This document shows, in pieces, positions 32,738 to 44,893 of a stretch of DNA of 64,000 nt. The notes under the pieces were generated by a model. The model did not search any database. It was not told where the DNA came from and saw only the letters and a list, made by a program, of their open reading frames with translations. This DNA comes from an uncultured bacterium (lineage in GTDB: Bacteria; Oederibacteriota; PGYV01; CAWJRG01): NCBI GenBank assembly GCA_963845185.1, contig CAWJRG010000005.1:288001-352000 (forward strand). The letters run 5' to 3'. How positions within the stretch are numbered: position 1 is the stretch's first letter; each line of letters opens with the position of its first letter. The position numbers were made by a program, and so were the translations under genes.

Positions 32738-34156
32738 TTATTTTACCTTTGGCGTTGGTACCGGCTGTTGCTTTTCCGGAAAATCAGGCAGGTTGAAATT
32801 CTTAAGAGCGCCGGTATCCACGGAAAAAATCAAGCTTCTTTCCAGGACCTTTATGTAATATTCCTCTTTATTTTCGGCTTTTTTGCCAAGCAACACCGTG
32901 CCTATGTAAGCGTCTTTTTCACCCCACATTTTCAAAAACGGCGCCTTGGCGTCTATACCGTACAACTTTTCTTCCTGATCCGGGCTTAATTTGCCTTCTA
33001 TCTTTGTTTTATAATTGCACCAGTACAAACCTGCCAGCACGCTTGTAATATTAACTTTTGTTTTATCCACGTTTTTGGCTTCCTTTATTTCCCACGCAAA
33101 ATTATTTTTCCCTTTTTCCACGTTAGTTGCCCGTATCTCGATATCCCTGTATTTTATCTCCACCCTCTTTACCTTATCCTGCATGAATATAACGACCTGT
33201 TTGTTGACAAGCTGCCATATATCCGGTATCCCATTATAGCCGTATATGGGTATTTCCATTACCTGGTCCATGGTGTCGCTTTTTACATAAACGGTATTAT
33301 CCTTCTTGTCCTGCAGCCCGAAATATATGGTTTTCTTGGCATTGCCTTCGTAAAAAGATATGTGTTCCGGCGGATTGTCAAGCCCGTATTTTTTTAAATT
33401 TGCAGGAGTTTCCGGCTCCATTTTTTTTGCCTTGGCTCCTTTTAGACTGTTGTATACATCCCTGATTGTTTCGATTTTACCTATGTCGTTAACCGCTCCT
33501 ATTACTTTCCACGAATCAGGCTCTTCTTTGTCATTCAGCCTGACGAGGGTATACTCCTTATTTTTAAGCTTTACTTCAATTTTTGCGGTCTTACTCGTGT
33601 CAACCCTTATGGGCGTCTTATCCCTGTAATCAAAAAGCGTCTTCTCACAGTATGTTCTTAAGTTGTGGTCCAAAAGATAAACAACCTTGGGGTTCTCCGG
33701 CTTCATGGCGTACACAAGCGTTTTGCTCGGATTGTAAGCCCCGATATTTAATTTAAAATCTTTTTTGTCCTTTGTGATTATTTCCGTGGTGGCAAAAGGC
33801 GTATTCAGGTCAAAATCAGCCAGGTCCTGCGGCGTGAAATTGTCTATTGTCCTGTCCGCTATTGTGCCCGGATATTTGGCCAGTACTCCGCTTACTCCCA
33901 CTTCGTCGGTGTATGCCTTTATCGGTTCGTCAACCATCATGTCGTTGCCGACTTTTTTAAGCACTATCCTGCTTTTTGTGTCCCTGTTTGTAACTATCAG
34001 GGATGTAATATCATCCTGTTTTAACCCGTAAAAAAGCATTTCGTCCTGCATTTTTATGTCATAGTCTTTTTTCTTTTTTACAACGTCAACAAAATAAAAA
34101 TATCCGCCGAGAATTACAAGCACGCCGAGCGCGATCAGTATTTGTTTGCCTTTCAT
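32738..34156 (-). CDS. DUF4340-like membrane-anchored protein
   Basis: N-terminal TM helix, repeated DFDL/KYGLDNP modules, usual position after GldG-type ABC genes. Confidence 0.7.
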   Translation of the reverse strand: MKGKQILIALGVLVILGGYFYFVDVVKKKKDYDIKMQDEMLFYGLKQDDITSLIVTNRDTKSRIVLKKVGNDMMVDEPIKAYTDEVGVSGVLAKYPGTIADRTIDNFTPQDLADFDLNTPFATTEIITKDKKDFKLNIGAYNPSKTLVYAMKPENPKVVYLLDHNLRTYCEKTLFDYRDKTPIRVDTSKTAKIEVKLKNKEYTLVRLNDKEEPDSWKVIGAVNDIGKIETIRDVYNSLKGAKAKKMEPETPANLKKYGLDNPPEHISFYEGNAKKTIYFGLQDKKDNTVYVKSDTMDQVMEIPIYGYNGIPDIWQLVNKQVVIFMQDKVKRVEIKYRDIEIRATNVEKGKNNFAWEIKEAKNVDKTKVNITSVLAGLYWCNYKTKIEGKLSPDQEEKLYGIDAKAPFLKMWGEKDAYIGTVLLGKKAENKEEYYIKVLERSLIFSVDTGALKNFNLPDFPEKQQPVPTPKVK

Positions 34157-34167
34157 AATTTCCTCCT

Positions 34168-34333
34168 AAGAGTCCGTTGATTTTGCCGAGCGTCAACAGG
34201 CAGTCAAATAGTCCTGTGGACTATTTGACGGGTAGTTTCCATAAGTCATCTAATATAAAAACTACCCAGCAAAATCTTACGGAGTCTTGCACCTGTTCCA
34301 GTCCGAGGCCGTCAGGCCGAGGACAAGTGGTGC
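34168..34333 (-). ncRNA. Structured 5'-leader element, copy C (long form)
   Basis: GCACC..GTCC..GGAC-TGGAACA-GGTGC; AAGA.TCCGT-AA-GATTTTGC..GCAAAATC-A-ACGGA.TCTT, then AGGAGG. Confidence 0.7.
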
Positions 34334-34385
34334 GTTTTTATTTTTAATGTTTAATTATTCAACACTCAGCACCCAACACTCAAAT

Positions 34386-35958
34386 CTACTTTCCCGTCCT
34401 TCTCCTTATCAATACCATTACCCCTATCGCAAGTACAAGCAGCGGGAAAAATATGGTAGGCAGTATAAAAAGCATCCTGCCCTGTATTTTGGATATAAAA
34501 AGCGGTTCAAATGACCTGTCTTTTGGCCTTATTGCTATAGTATCCTTTTCCTCGGCTAGAAAGCCGACTGTGTTCAGGAATAAGTCCCTGTTGCCTGCCA
34601 CTGCAAAATATGTGTTGTTTGGGAACTCGGAACTGCCGAACACTGCAATGCCCGCTTTTGATGAATTTGTGGCTGAATCCCAGTCCGGTTTGAATAACGT
34701 GTTGTCTATGCTCGCAACAGCCGCAACTTCAAGCGGCCCTTTTTTGTTCTTGCCCGCGTTGTTGCTGACATAACCTTTCTTGATTCCCGCAAGGTCTGTT
34801 TCCCCCCAGGCAGCCGGGTTTGTCTTGGCCAGCCCCTGCAGGGTTACACCCGGTACGCCGCCTTTCAAATCAAAAGACCTGCATATGGGCAGAAGCGTCG
34901 CAACCGTGAATCCTTTTGTAATTTCATGCTGCTCGTACTGAGAATATCAGGGGCATGAGCACGTCCCCGCCGAGCATCTTGCTTATTTTATCCACTATTA
35001 CGTCGTTATCCGCGTAAATGCCGAAGGTTCTGAGCACCGCCTCCAGCTTTGGCGCGCGGGAAAAAGCCGGGTAAAGCAGGAAAACTTTGCCGCCGTGCCT
35101 TAAGTAATCCTCAATGTATTTTATTTCGTTATCAAACAGGTCCGTCTGCGGACCATCTATAATCAGCTCGTTGGCGTCATCCGGCACTTTTCCGGCATTG
35201 AAAAGTTCTATTTCCTGCGCCGCGTAATTTTCAGAGGTCATTTCGTCCTTTACAAGCGAATACGCGGCTTTGTCTGTAGGAGGGTTTTCAACGCTCGGCT
35301 CGCCGTGCCCTTTTGTAAAATAAATTTTCTTTTTTGTTTCCCTTGTCAGCCTCAAAATGCCGTTTATCAGCGTTTCTTCAGTCGGGTCGTCTATACGCTC
35401 CTGTGTTTTATTGTCCTTGCGGCTTATGACAACCACGCCGTACCTCGTCACGTTAAAAGCTTTCGCGAGGCCTGGCTGCCTGTCGGTATCCACGCTTTGG
35501 AATTTCACGTGCGGCGTGACTTTTTCAAACTGGTGCAGGTCATCCTCAATCCTGGCGTCCCTTTGCTTAACCGAGTAGAAATAATAAATTTCAACATCGG
35601 TTTTCAGGCCGCTTAAAATTTTATGCGACTGTTCGGAAAGCGTGTATTTTTTGTTTTTGGTAAGGTCAACCTGCAGGGTATGCACGGTAAATATCGCCTG
35701 CTCAATGCCTATTATCGCTATGACTATCAGCGAATATATCAGGGCGTTGGCACCGTACCTTGTCGTGCGGCTTGTGAAAAGCGTTTTCACCGTTTTGCGG
35801 TTTTGCCACATATAAAATCCGCTCATGACCGCCCCGAGCGCTATCATTATTATGGTTGCCACCTCAAACTCGGACCTTACAATTGCGATCAGGCTGCCTG
35901 CCAGCAGCAAAACAATTCCACCTATAAATATTGCCTGCATGAGTTTTTCGTTTTTCAT
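34386..35958 (-). pseudogene. GldG-like ABC transporter auxiliary protein, split by a 1-bp insertion at about 34943 (may be an assembly error)
   Basis: DLTKNKKYTLS, KIYFTKGHGE and GNRDLFLN motifs; removing one T from ATATTCTCAG restores ...PLISQYEQHEITKGF...DLKGGV. Confidence 0.8.
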
Positions 35959-35959
35959 G

Positions 35960-36733
35960 TTAGCCCCTCCACTGTTTTGATTCAAGGACCCGCAATGAAA
36001 GGAACAAAAAGAGCGCGGTAAAATTCAGGTAATAAATCAGGTCCGATGTGTCTATCATGCCCTTGGAAAAGGAACCAAGGTGCTCTATTATCGAAAGGTT
36101 TGTCAATATTTTCTGCCCTATGGGCCCGAGAGAACCTGCCTGCCATGAAATAACCCAGAATAAAAGCAGCAGCCCGAAACTTGCAACCGCGGCCACTATC
36201 TGGCTTTCCGTTAAAGTTGATATAAAAATCCCAAGCATTATAAACGCGCTGCCTACCAGTATCAGCCCGAGAAACCCGCAAAGCAGAGGAAGCAGTTCAA
36301 AATCCCCGGCGAACCTTAAGATAATAAAAGAAAGTCCTCCTCCCACAATCATGATAAGCAGAATCGTAAGTGCCGATAAAAATTTCGCCATCACTATGGC
36401 AAAATCGCTGACGGGATACGTAAATAAAAGCTCGGACGTGCCTTCCCTTTTTTCCTCGGCAAAAACCCTCATGGTAATTATCGGAACCATGAGAAGCAGT
36501 ATCACGGCCATGTTCTGGAAGTACGGCCTGAATACGCCGTCAATCATGGACAGTTCCGCGCCCCTGTAATACGACTGCATGCTGCGCATGGACATCATGG
36601 AATAATAGTTTATTATGCTTGTGAAAAAATAGCCGCTTAAGACCATGTAAACCACAATTATGGTATACGCTATCGGAAGGGCAAAAAATATTTTTAACTC
36701 CTTCTTGTACAGAGCCAAAAATTTCTGGTCCAT
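35960..36733 (-). CDS. ABC-2 type permease, GldF-like
   Basis: KKELKIFF..PIAY, ITMRVFAEEKREGTSELLFTYP, about 6 TM helices. Confidence 0.88.
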   Translation of the reverse strand: MDQKFLALYKKELKIFFALPIAYTIIVVYMVLSGYFFTSIINYYSMMSMRSMQSYYRGAELSMIDGVFRPYFQNMAVILLLMVPIITMRVFAEEKREGTSELLFTYPVSDFAIVMAKFLSALTILLIMIVGGGLSFIILRFAGDFELLPLLCGFLGLILVGSAFIMLGIFISTLTESQIVAAVASFGLLLLFWVISWQAGSLGPIGQKILTNLSIIEHLGSFSKGMIDTSDLIYYLNFTALFLFLSLRVLESKQWRG

Positions 36734-36734
36734 C

Positions 36735-37676
36735 TCACATTACCTCCTTCGTTACTAGTTTAAGGAAGACTTCTTCCAGGGTTAAATCCACTTTTTTGAG
36801 TTCCAGCAGCCCCCAGTCTTTCTTCACTATCTTGTTTACAACTTCTTTTCTTAAATCAGCGCCTTCTTCAGTATCTATATTATAAGCGTATGCGCCTTCC
36901 TCTATTTTTTCTGCCTCCGTGACTTTTGTCACTCCGCGTATTTTTTCAATTTCCTGCTCAAATTGGGCCTTTGGCGCTTCGACCTGCACGTATATCCTGC
37001 CCGATTTCTGGAAAGTCTTTGTTAAATTCTCAACCTTGTCCTGCGCCACGATTTTGCCTTCGTTTATTACCACCACCCTGTCGCATGTCATGTTTACCTC
37101 GGGCAGTATGTGAGTGGAAAGTATTATCGTACGCTCGCCCTTCATGTTTTTTATCAGGTTCCTTATTTCCTTTATCTGCTTCGGGTCAAGCCCTACGGTT
37201 GGTTCGTCAAGTATCAGCACTTCAGGGTCGTTAAGGATTGCCTGCGCCAGACCTACCCTCTGCCTGTAACCTTTTGACAGCTTTCCTATTATCATATTCC
37301 TGACTTCGGCAGCGCCTGCTTCCTCCATCGCCTTATTAATCCTGGCTTCGATTTTATCTTTGGGTACGCCTTTTATTTCAGCGATGAACTGCAGGTATTC
37401 ATGTACCTGTAACTCCTTGTAAAGCGGTACATTTTCAGGCATGTACCCGATTTTTTCTTTCGCGTGTACCGGGTCGCTGACAACGTCAATGCCTGCCACT
37501 TTCACCTTGCCTTCGGTAGGGGGGAAAAAACCGGTGATTACCCTCATGGTTGTGGTTTTGCCTGCTCCGTTCGGTCCCAAAAAACCGACTATTTCTCCTT
37601 TTTGAACCTCAAAGGAGACACCGTCGACCGCCACTTTTTGCCCGAACCTCTTCGTAACGTTTGTGAGTTCAATCAT
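36735..37676 (-). CDS. ABC transporter ATP-binding protein, GldA-like
   Basis: [28 protein letters not shown]. Confidence 0.93.
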   Translation of the reverse strand: MIELTNVTKRFGQKVAVDGVSFEVQKGEIVGFLGPNGAGKTTTMRVITGFFPPTEGKVKVAGIDVVSDPVHAKEKIGYMPENVPLYKELQVHEYLQFIAEIKGVPKDKIEARINKAMEEAGAAEVRNMIIGKLSKGYRQRVGLAQAILNDPEVLILDEPTVGLDPKQIKEIRNLIKNMKGERTIILSTHILPEVNMTCDRVVVINEGKIVAQDKVENLTKTFQKSGRIYVQVEAPKAQFEQEIEKIRGVTKVTEAEKIEEGAYAYNIDTEEGADLRKEVVNKIVKKDWGLLELKKVDLTLEEVFLKLVTKEVM

Positions 37677-37688
37677 ATCTGCCTCCTA

Positions 37689-37789
37689 GCAAGAGTTTAT
37701 TTTGCAAACTGTCAACAGGTGCAGCAAAATATTACTCTTGCTTGCACCCGTTCAAGTCCCAGGCTCCAAGAGCCTGGGACTAGTGGTGC
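37689..37789 (-). ncRNA. Structured 5'-leader element, copy D (short form)
   Basis: GCACC..GTCCCAGGCTC/GAGCCTGGGAC-TTGAACG-GGTGC; GCAAGAGT-AA-TATTTTGC..GCAAAATA-A-ACTCTTGC, then TAGGAGG. Confidence 0.7.
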
Positions 37790-37814
37790 TATTTAATATT
37801 CTGTTTATTAACAA

Positions 37815-38972
37815 TCAGCTGATAATATTCACTCTAACATAAAAATCCCCGTATTTGCCGGTTTTTATGTTTCTCGCTCCCTTGCCTTTTATTTTTAGCA
37901 GCGCGCCGGGCTTTATTCCGGCAGGGACTTTAACGAGCAGCTTCTCGTCATGGTGCGGTGCTGTTACTTTAATCTTCCCGCCGGATCTCGCGATGTCTTC
38001 CTTGATTTTTATCGCGCAGTATATGTCGTCGCCCTGCCTTTTGTATTTCCCGCTTTCTCCGACTTTAAATATCACGTATAAATCACCGCGTATGTCCTGA
38101 TGCGGTTTATTATGCCCCTGCTCTTTTATTTTTATTTTTGTGCCTTCGGCTACGCCCTCAGGGATTTTTATTTTTATTTTTTTGATTTCCTCAATCGCGC
38201 CCGAGCCGCCGCACTTTGTGCACGGTTTTGACGAAAGCGTGCCCTTGCCTCCGCATCGCGGGCATGTCTTATTTATAATAAATCCGCCCTGCGAAAACTG
38301 TATTGTGCCCCTTCCTCCGCATGTCTGGCAAACGCTCACTTTCGCGCCTGCCTCGACTCCAGAGCCCTCGCATGCAGTGCAGGTCTCCATACGCGGTACT
38401 TTCACTATTGCCTCGCCGCCGGTTAACGCTAGCTCAAAAGGTATATTCAGGCGCACCGTAACGTCACCGCTTTCCTGGTCGTCCTGCTCCACATCTTCAT
38501 CTTCAAAGCCCGAATAACTTCTTCTTGCGTTGGCCGTTCCATTGCCGAAGAACATGTCAAAAACATCTCCAAACCCGCCAAAATTGGCGGATTGCCCCTG
38601 CCTCGCGCCCCTACCAGAGAACAAATCGCCCAGTATGTCCGAGAGGTCAAACTGCGCTCCGCCGCCTCCGGAAGAAAAACCCTGCCAGCCTGCGCCGCCC
38701 TGCCCGCTGCCTGGCCTAAAATTTGAAAAATCATATCCTCTTGACTCGGCGTCGCGTAACTGCTCGTATTTCCATTTTTTATCTTTATCCGTCAGGACTT
38801 CGTATGCTTCGTTTATTTCCTTGAATTTTTCCTCTGCCTGCTTGTTCCCGGGATTCAGGTCAGGGTGGTATTTTTTCGCAAGCTTCCTGTATGCAGACTT
38901 AATATCATTTTCTGTGGCGCCTTTGGCTACGCCCAGTATATTATAGTAATCTTTTACGGGCACGTTAATCAC
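37815..38972 (-). CDS. dnaJ: Chaperone DnaJ
   Basis: J domain with HPD, G/F-rich region, four CxxCxGxG motifs. Confidence 0.93.
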   Translation of the reverse strand: MINVPVKDYYNILGVAKGATENDIKSAYRKLAKKYHPDLNPGNKQAEEKFKEINEAYEVLTDKDKKWKYEQLRDAESRGYDFSNFRPGSGQGGAGWQGFSSGGGGAQFDLSDILGDLFSGRGARQGQSANFGGFGDVFDMFFGNGTANARRSYSGFEDEDVEQDDQESGDVTVRLNIPFELALTGGEAIVKVPRMETCTACEGSGVEAGAKVSVCQTCGGRGTIQFSQGGFIINKTCPRCGGKGTLSSKPCTKCGGSGAIEEIKKIKIKIPEGVAEGTKIKIKEQGHNKPHQDIRGDLYVIFKVGESGKYKRQGDDIYCAIKIKEDIARSGGKIKVTAPHHDEKLLVKVPAGIKPGALLKIKGKGARNIKTGKYGDFYVRVNIIS

Positions 38973-39066
38973 ACCCTTTGCCGGTTATTGATTTGTTATT
39001 TTGGCTAACCATTATATATGAGAACGGCAATTATTTTCAATATGTTTTTTTAAAAGATCGGTTTTA

Positions 39067-39112
39067 TTTATCAAAGCGCCGCAGCCCGAAAGGCTGCGGC
39101 AGCTTTGATAAA
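39067..39112. terminator. Long hairpin after groEL (terminator or mRNA stabiliser)
   Basis: TTTATCAAAGC-GCCGCAGCC-cgaaa-GGCTGCGGC-a-GCTTTGATAAA. Confidence 0.6.
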
Positions 39113-39158
39113 TCCTATACTTCACATTTCATTTTTTGCAATAAACTAACAGCTGTCC

Positions 39159-40862
<1,704 letters not shown>

Positions 40863-40919
40863 TCATACAGCATGCCGGCCTGCTTTTTTATCCAAACCGG
40901 CAATCAGCTGTGAATGTAA

Positions 40920-41210
40920 TTACCCTTCAATAATTGCCAGCACGTCTTCCTCGGTCATAATAAGCAGCTCTTCGTCGTTCATTTTGATTTCAGTGCCGCC
41001 GTATTTGGAATAGAGAATTTTATCTCCGACCTTTACTTCCATCTGCTTTTTCTTGCCGTCATCAAGGATTTTTCCGGTGCCTGCGGCAACAACTTCGCCC
41101 CTGGACGGCTTTTCTTTGGCAGTATCGGGTATTATGATTCCGCCCTTTTTTATTTCCGCCTCTTCCATGGGTTTTACTACAATGTGGTCTCCAAGTGGTT
41201 TTAGCTTCAT
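40920..41210 (-). CDS. groS: Co-chaperonin GroES
   Basis: LKPLGD, GGIIIPDTAKEKP, KYGGTE. Confidence 0.97.
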   Translation of the reverse strand: MKLKPLGDHIVVKPMEEAEIKKGGIIIPDTAKEKPSRGEVVAAGTGKILDDGKKKQMEVKVGDKILYSKYGGTEIKMNDEELLIMTEEDVLAIIEG

Positions 41211-41312
41211 GCTTTCCTCCTTTCTTGTATTTTATTTTTTTTGCATTCATGTTTCAGGGGGCGAGCGATTGGCTCGTCCCCTGTTTTCTACTTCGTAATT
41301 TTATATACGGAT

Positions 41313-43247
41313 TCAGCTCTTTTTCTTTTTGTCCTCGTCTACTACCTCGTAATCAGCGTCAACCACGGTGTCGTCTTTCTTATTCGCGCCATGGCCGTCA
41401 TTGCCCGCCGCCTCCGGCCCTGCTCCCGGCCCGGCGCCCTGCTGTCCGCCGGACTGCTGGTACATCTGGGTCGCGACTTTGTGCCATTTTTCAGTCAGGT
41501 CCTCATTCGCTTTTTTCATTGAATCTATTGACCCGCTTTTTACCGCGTCCTTGAGTTTGCTTACGCCGTCTTCCATGTCTTTCTTGTCCTGAGCGCTCAC
41601 TTTATCGCCGACTTCCTTCAGCGTCTTTTCAGCGTTATATATCATGCTTTCGGCCTGATTTTTGACGTCTATTTCATCTTTTTTCTTCTTGTCCTCTTCA
41701 CGGTATTTTTCCGCGTCCTTTACTATCCTGTTGATTTCATCTTCTTTCAGCCCCGAAGACGCGGTTATTGTGATTTTCTGTTCCCTGCCGGTCGCCATGT
41801 CTTTTGCCGTCACATGCATTATGCCGTTCGCGTCTATGTCGAATGTCACTTCAATCTGCGGCACTCCCCTGGGCGCGGGAGGTATGCCGTCAAGGTGGAA
41901 CCTGCCTATGGTTTTGTTGCCCGATGCCATTTCTCTCTCTCCCTGCAGCACATGTATCTCAACGCTTGTCTGGTTATCGGCCGCAGTCGAGAATATTTCG
42001 CTTTTTTTCGTCGGTATGGTCGTGTTCCTGTCTATTAATTTGGTAAACACGCTCCCGAGCGTCTCTATGCCGAGTGAAAGCGGCGTGACATCAAGCAGCA
42101 ATACATCCTTTACTTCCCCCTGCAGCACGCCAGCCTGTATTGCGGCTCCTACTGCTACAACCTCGTCAGGATTTACGCCCTGATGCGGTTGCTTGTCGAA
42201 TAACTTTTTTGCTATATCCACAACAGCCGGCATCCTGGTCATGCCTCCAACAAGCACAACCTCGTTAATATCTTTTGCCTCAAGGCCCGCGTCCTTTAAA
42301 GCCTGCTTTACGGGATTCACTGTCCTGTCAATTAAATCGCCCACAAGCTGTTCGAGCTTTGCCCTTGTAAGCGTGATAACAAGATGCTTCGGGCCCGACG
42401 CGTCAGCAGTGATAAAAGGAAGGTTGATTTCGGATGTGGCTGTGGAAGAAAGCTCTATCTTTGCTTTTTCAGCAGCCTCTTTGAGGCGCTGCAAAGCCAT
42501 CCTGTCTTTTTTAAGGTCAATGCCTTCTGTTTTCTTGAATTCATCAGCAAGCCACTCCATTATCCTCTGGTCAAAATCATCTCCGCCGAGATGTGTATCT
42601 CCGTTTGTTGATTTTACCTCAAAAACCCCGTCGCCTATTTCCAGTACGGAAATATCAAACGTGCCGCCTCCGAGGTCGTAAACCGCTATTTTCTCGTTTT
42701 TCTTTTTGTCAAGGCCGTACGCAAGCGAAGCCGCTGTCGGCTCGTTTATTATGCGCAGGACTTCAAGCCCGGCTATTTTTCCGGCATCCTTTGTTGCCTG
42801 GCGCTGGGAATCGTTAAAATAAGCCGGCACGGTTATTACCGCCTGGTTTACCTTTTCGCCAAGATACGCCTCTGCGTCGGCTTTTAATTTCATCAAGATC
42901 ATTGCCGAAACTTCCGGAGGGCTGTATTTTTTCCCCATCACTTCAACGTTCGCGTCTCCGTTTGACGCCTCGACAACCTTAAACGGCACCATTTTTATTT
43001 CGCTGCCTACCTCGGAAAATTTCCTTCCCATAAATCTCTTTATTGAGAATACGGTATTCTCCGGGTTTGCTATTGCCTGCCTTTTACCGGGAAGGCCCAC
43101 CACCCTCTCGCCTGTTTTATTAAAGCCAACAACCGACGGGGTTGTCCTGTTGCCCTCGGAATTTACAATGACTTTCGGCTCCCTGCCTTCCATTACAGCA
43201 ACGCAGGAATTTGTTGTTCCTAAATCTATTCCAATAACTTTTGCCAT
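41313..43247 (-). CDS. dnaK: Chaperone DnaK
   Basis: [25 protein letters not shown]; start at ATG 43247 after AAGGAG. Confidence 0.98.
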   Translation of the reverse strand: MAKVIGIDLGTTNSCVAVMEGREPKVIVNSEGNRTTPSVVGFNKTGERVVGLPGKRQAIANPENTVFSIKRFMGRKFSEVGSEIKMVPFKVVEASNGDANVEVMGKKYSPPEVSAMILMKLKADAEAYLGEKVNQAVITVPAYFNDSQRQATKDAGKIAGLEVLRIINEPTAASLAYGLDKKKNEKIAVYDLGGGTFDISVLEIGDGVFEVKSTNGDTHLGGDDFDQRIMEWLADEFKKTEGIDLKKDRMALQRLKEAAEKAKIELSSTATSEINLPFITADASGPKHLVITLTRAKLEQLVGDLIDRTVNPVKQALKDAGLEAKDINEVVLVGGMTRMPAVVDIAKKLFDKQPHQGVNPDEVVAVGAAIQAGVLQGEVKDVLLLDVTPLSLGIETLGSVFTKLIDRNTTIPTKKSEIFSTAADNQTSVEIHVLQGEREMASGNKTIGRFHLDGIPPAPRGVPQIEVTFDIDANGIMHVTAKDMATGREQKITITASSGLKEDEINRIVKDAEKYREEDKKKKDEIDVKNQAESMIYNAEKTLKEVGDKVSAQDKKDMEDGVSKLKDAVKSGSIDSMKKANEDLTEKWHKVATQMYQQSGGQQGAGPGAGPEAAGNDGHGANKKDDTVVDADYEVVDEDKKKKS

Positions 43248-43287
43248 GATTGTTCTCCTTTGCAAGAGTTTTTATTATTTTTATTAT

Positions 43288-43311
43288 GGGCGATTCTTGA
43301 ATCGCCCCTGC
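43288..43311 (-). repeat. REP-like palindrome in the dnaK leader
   Basis: GCAG-GGGCGATTC-aa-GAATCGCCC. Confidence 0.5.
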
Positions 43312-43405
43312 TTATTTAACATTACAATCTTTCCACACATTGTAAAAAGCCTCAATACTTTCTTTCCACTTTTTATTGATTATTCTCAAAGTCAACAATA
43401 TATAG

Positions 43406-43421
43406 AGCAATACCTGTGCCA
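43406..43421 (-). promoter_or_regulatory. Sigma54 (-24/-12) promoter of the dnaK operon
   Basis: TGGCAC-AGGTA-TTGCT matches TGGCAC-N5-TTGCW exactly. Confidence 0.7.
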
Positions 43422-43493
43422 CAAAAAATATGCTTATTTTTAAGGGGTTTTTTAAGATGAGATTTTTAATTTGTTTTAATATAAAACACTGCC

Positions 43494-43510
43494 TGTTTCA
43501 CTTTGAAACA
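43494..43510. promoter_or_regulatory. Palindromic candidate enhancer (UAS)
   Basis: TGTTTCA-ctt-TGAAACA, about 100-115 nt upstream of the predicted sigma54 transcription start. Confidence 0.45.
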
Positions 43511-43637
43511 AGAAAACCCTCTATGTATTAAGCTGGCTGGCTTTCTTCATAGTAATCATAGTTTACACATCTTGGTTAAACAGCCCTCGTCAAAGCTACG
43601 GTTAGCAAGCAAGTTATAATCTTGTCTTATTTTTTAC

Positions 43638-43666
43638 TTGAACTTAAAACACGTATAGTATAAAAT
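43638..43666 (+). promoter_or_regulatory. Sigma70-type promoter for tRNA-Ala
   Basis: TTGAAC-N17-TAAAAT. Confidence 0.5.
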
Positions 43667-43689
43667 TGATGACACTCAAAATCAAATTT

Positions 43690-43812
43690 GGGGCAGGGTC
43701 AGGCTTCGCCCGACAAAGCGATTGGAAGATGAAGCTTGATTAAGTGTTTGCTCCCTTCGGTCGCAAGGGCACTTCAGCTCAGGAATCCGGCTGCGCCGGA
43801 TAACTGAGCCAC
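43690..43812 (+). repeat. tRNA-Ala 5'-end-derived structured element
   Basis: GGGGCAG [insert] AGCTCAG ... AACTGAGCCAC (near reverse complement of GTAGCTCAGTT). Confidence 0.5.
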
Positions 43813-43840
43813 TTTTGGAATGATATTTTTAAATTAAAGT

Positions 43841-43916
43841 GGGGCAGTAGCTCAGTTGGGAGAGCGCGGCGTTCGCAACGCCGAGGCCGGCGGTTCGATC
43901 CCGCTCTGCTCCACCA
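43841..43916 (+). tRNA. tRNA-Ala (anticodon CGC)
   Basis: Cloverleaf, G3:U70 pair, CGGCG-TT-CGC-AA-CGCCG, GTTCGA, CCA. Confidence 0.95.
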
Positions 43917-43925
43917 TCCTATATA

Positions 43926-43954
43926 GTAGAGACGACCCGTCGGGTCGTTTCTAC
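43926..43954. repeat. GTAG-type REP palindrome
   Basis: GTAGAGACGACCCG-t-CGGGTCGTTTCTAC. Confidence 0.6.
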
Positions 43955-44068
43955 TTCATTTATGATTCCTCCCGTAAATATAAAACATCTTTTTAATGAC
44001 ATTTCATAAATTATATGCTAAAAATATATTTAATAAAAGCGCATTGTTTGCGCGGAAAGAGGCAAATC

Positions 44069-44344
44069 ATGACCCATGTAAAAGGTAAAAACAAAGGCAA
44101 GGTTATGCTGTACGCTTTAAGCACCTGTATATGGTGCAAGAAAACAAAAAAATTTCTTAATGAGCTTGGCGTGGAATACGATTATGAGGATGTTGACCTG
44201 CTCGAGGGCGAGGAAGAAAAAAAGATGGAAGCCGAAATAAACAAATGGCGCAATAACCCTTCTTTCCCTCTGATTGTTATTAACGACAAAAAAGTAATCT
44301 GCGGTTATGAAGAAGAAGAAATAAGAAAGGCGCTTGAAAAATGA
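44069..44344 (+). CDS. Glutaredoxin-like protein
   Basis: [14 protein letters not shown] (CxxC), SFP; ATG 44069 follows GAGG. Confidence 0.88.
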   Translation: MTHVKGKNKGKVMLYALSTCIWCKKTKKFLNELGVEYDYEDVDLLEGEEEKKMEAEINKWRNNPSFPLIVINDKKVICGYEEEEIRKALEK

Positions 44345-44856
44345 AGGAAAGAATCCAGATTCCCAAGGAAGACATAGACAGGCTTTATGACAGGCTAAAA
44401 AAAGAAGCCGAAGCAGGCGGCTACCACCTGAACCCGGATGTGGAATTTACAAAAGGCCTCATTGAAAGCCTTTTGATAAATGAGAAAAGGTACGGTTACT
44501 GGGCATGCCCGTGCAGGCTCGCGACCGGAAACAAGCAGGAAGACCTTGATATAATTTGCCCGTGCGATTACAGGGACGCGGATGTTGCCGAATGCGACGC
44601 ATGCTATTGCGCCCTGTATGTGTCAATAAAAGTGCTAAGCGGCGAAATAAAGGCGCATTCAATACCTGAACGCAGGCCGCCAAAAGAAGTAAGGCAGGTA
44701 AAAGCAGCGCAGCAGCCTGCGCCTTCAACTATCAGTTCCCTTCCAATGCCGGTGTGGCGGTGCAAGGTCTGCGGTTACCTCTGCGCCCGCGACGGCCCCC
44801 CAGAAATCTGCCCAATATGCAAGGCAAAAAAAGAAAGGTTTGAGAGATTTTTGTAG
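44341..44856 (+). CDS. Ferredoxin-thioredoxin reductase catalytic domain fused to a rubredoxin-like domain
   Basis: CPC..CPC..CYC motifs; C-terminal [16 protein letters not shown]. Confidence 0.88.
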   Translation: MKERIQIPKEDIDRLYDRLKKEAEAGGYHLNPDVEFTKGLIESLLINEKRYGYWACPCRLATGNKQEDLDIICPCDYRDADVAECDACYCALYVSIKVLSGEIKAHSIPERRPPKEVRQVKAAQQPAPSTISSLPMPVWRCKVCGYLCARDGPPEICPICKAKKERFERFL

Positions 44857-44893
44857 CAGGCTGATTGGTTTTATTTGATAATAATAATCCAAA

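Noticed and set aside
34357..34386. Short heptamer-like runs (AACACTC-AGCACCC-AACACTC; also about 47033-47055 and 58741-58772)
   Set aside because: Too short and degenerate to support a feature call.
43370..43400. TTGAC...ATCAA upstream of dnaK as a HAIR, CtsR or CIRCE operator
   Set aside because: Sequence and spacing do not fit any of these consensus sites.
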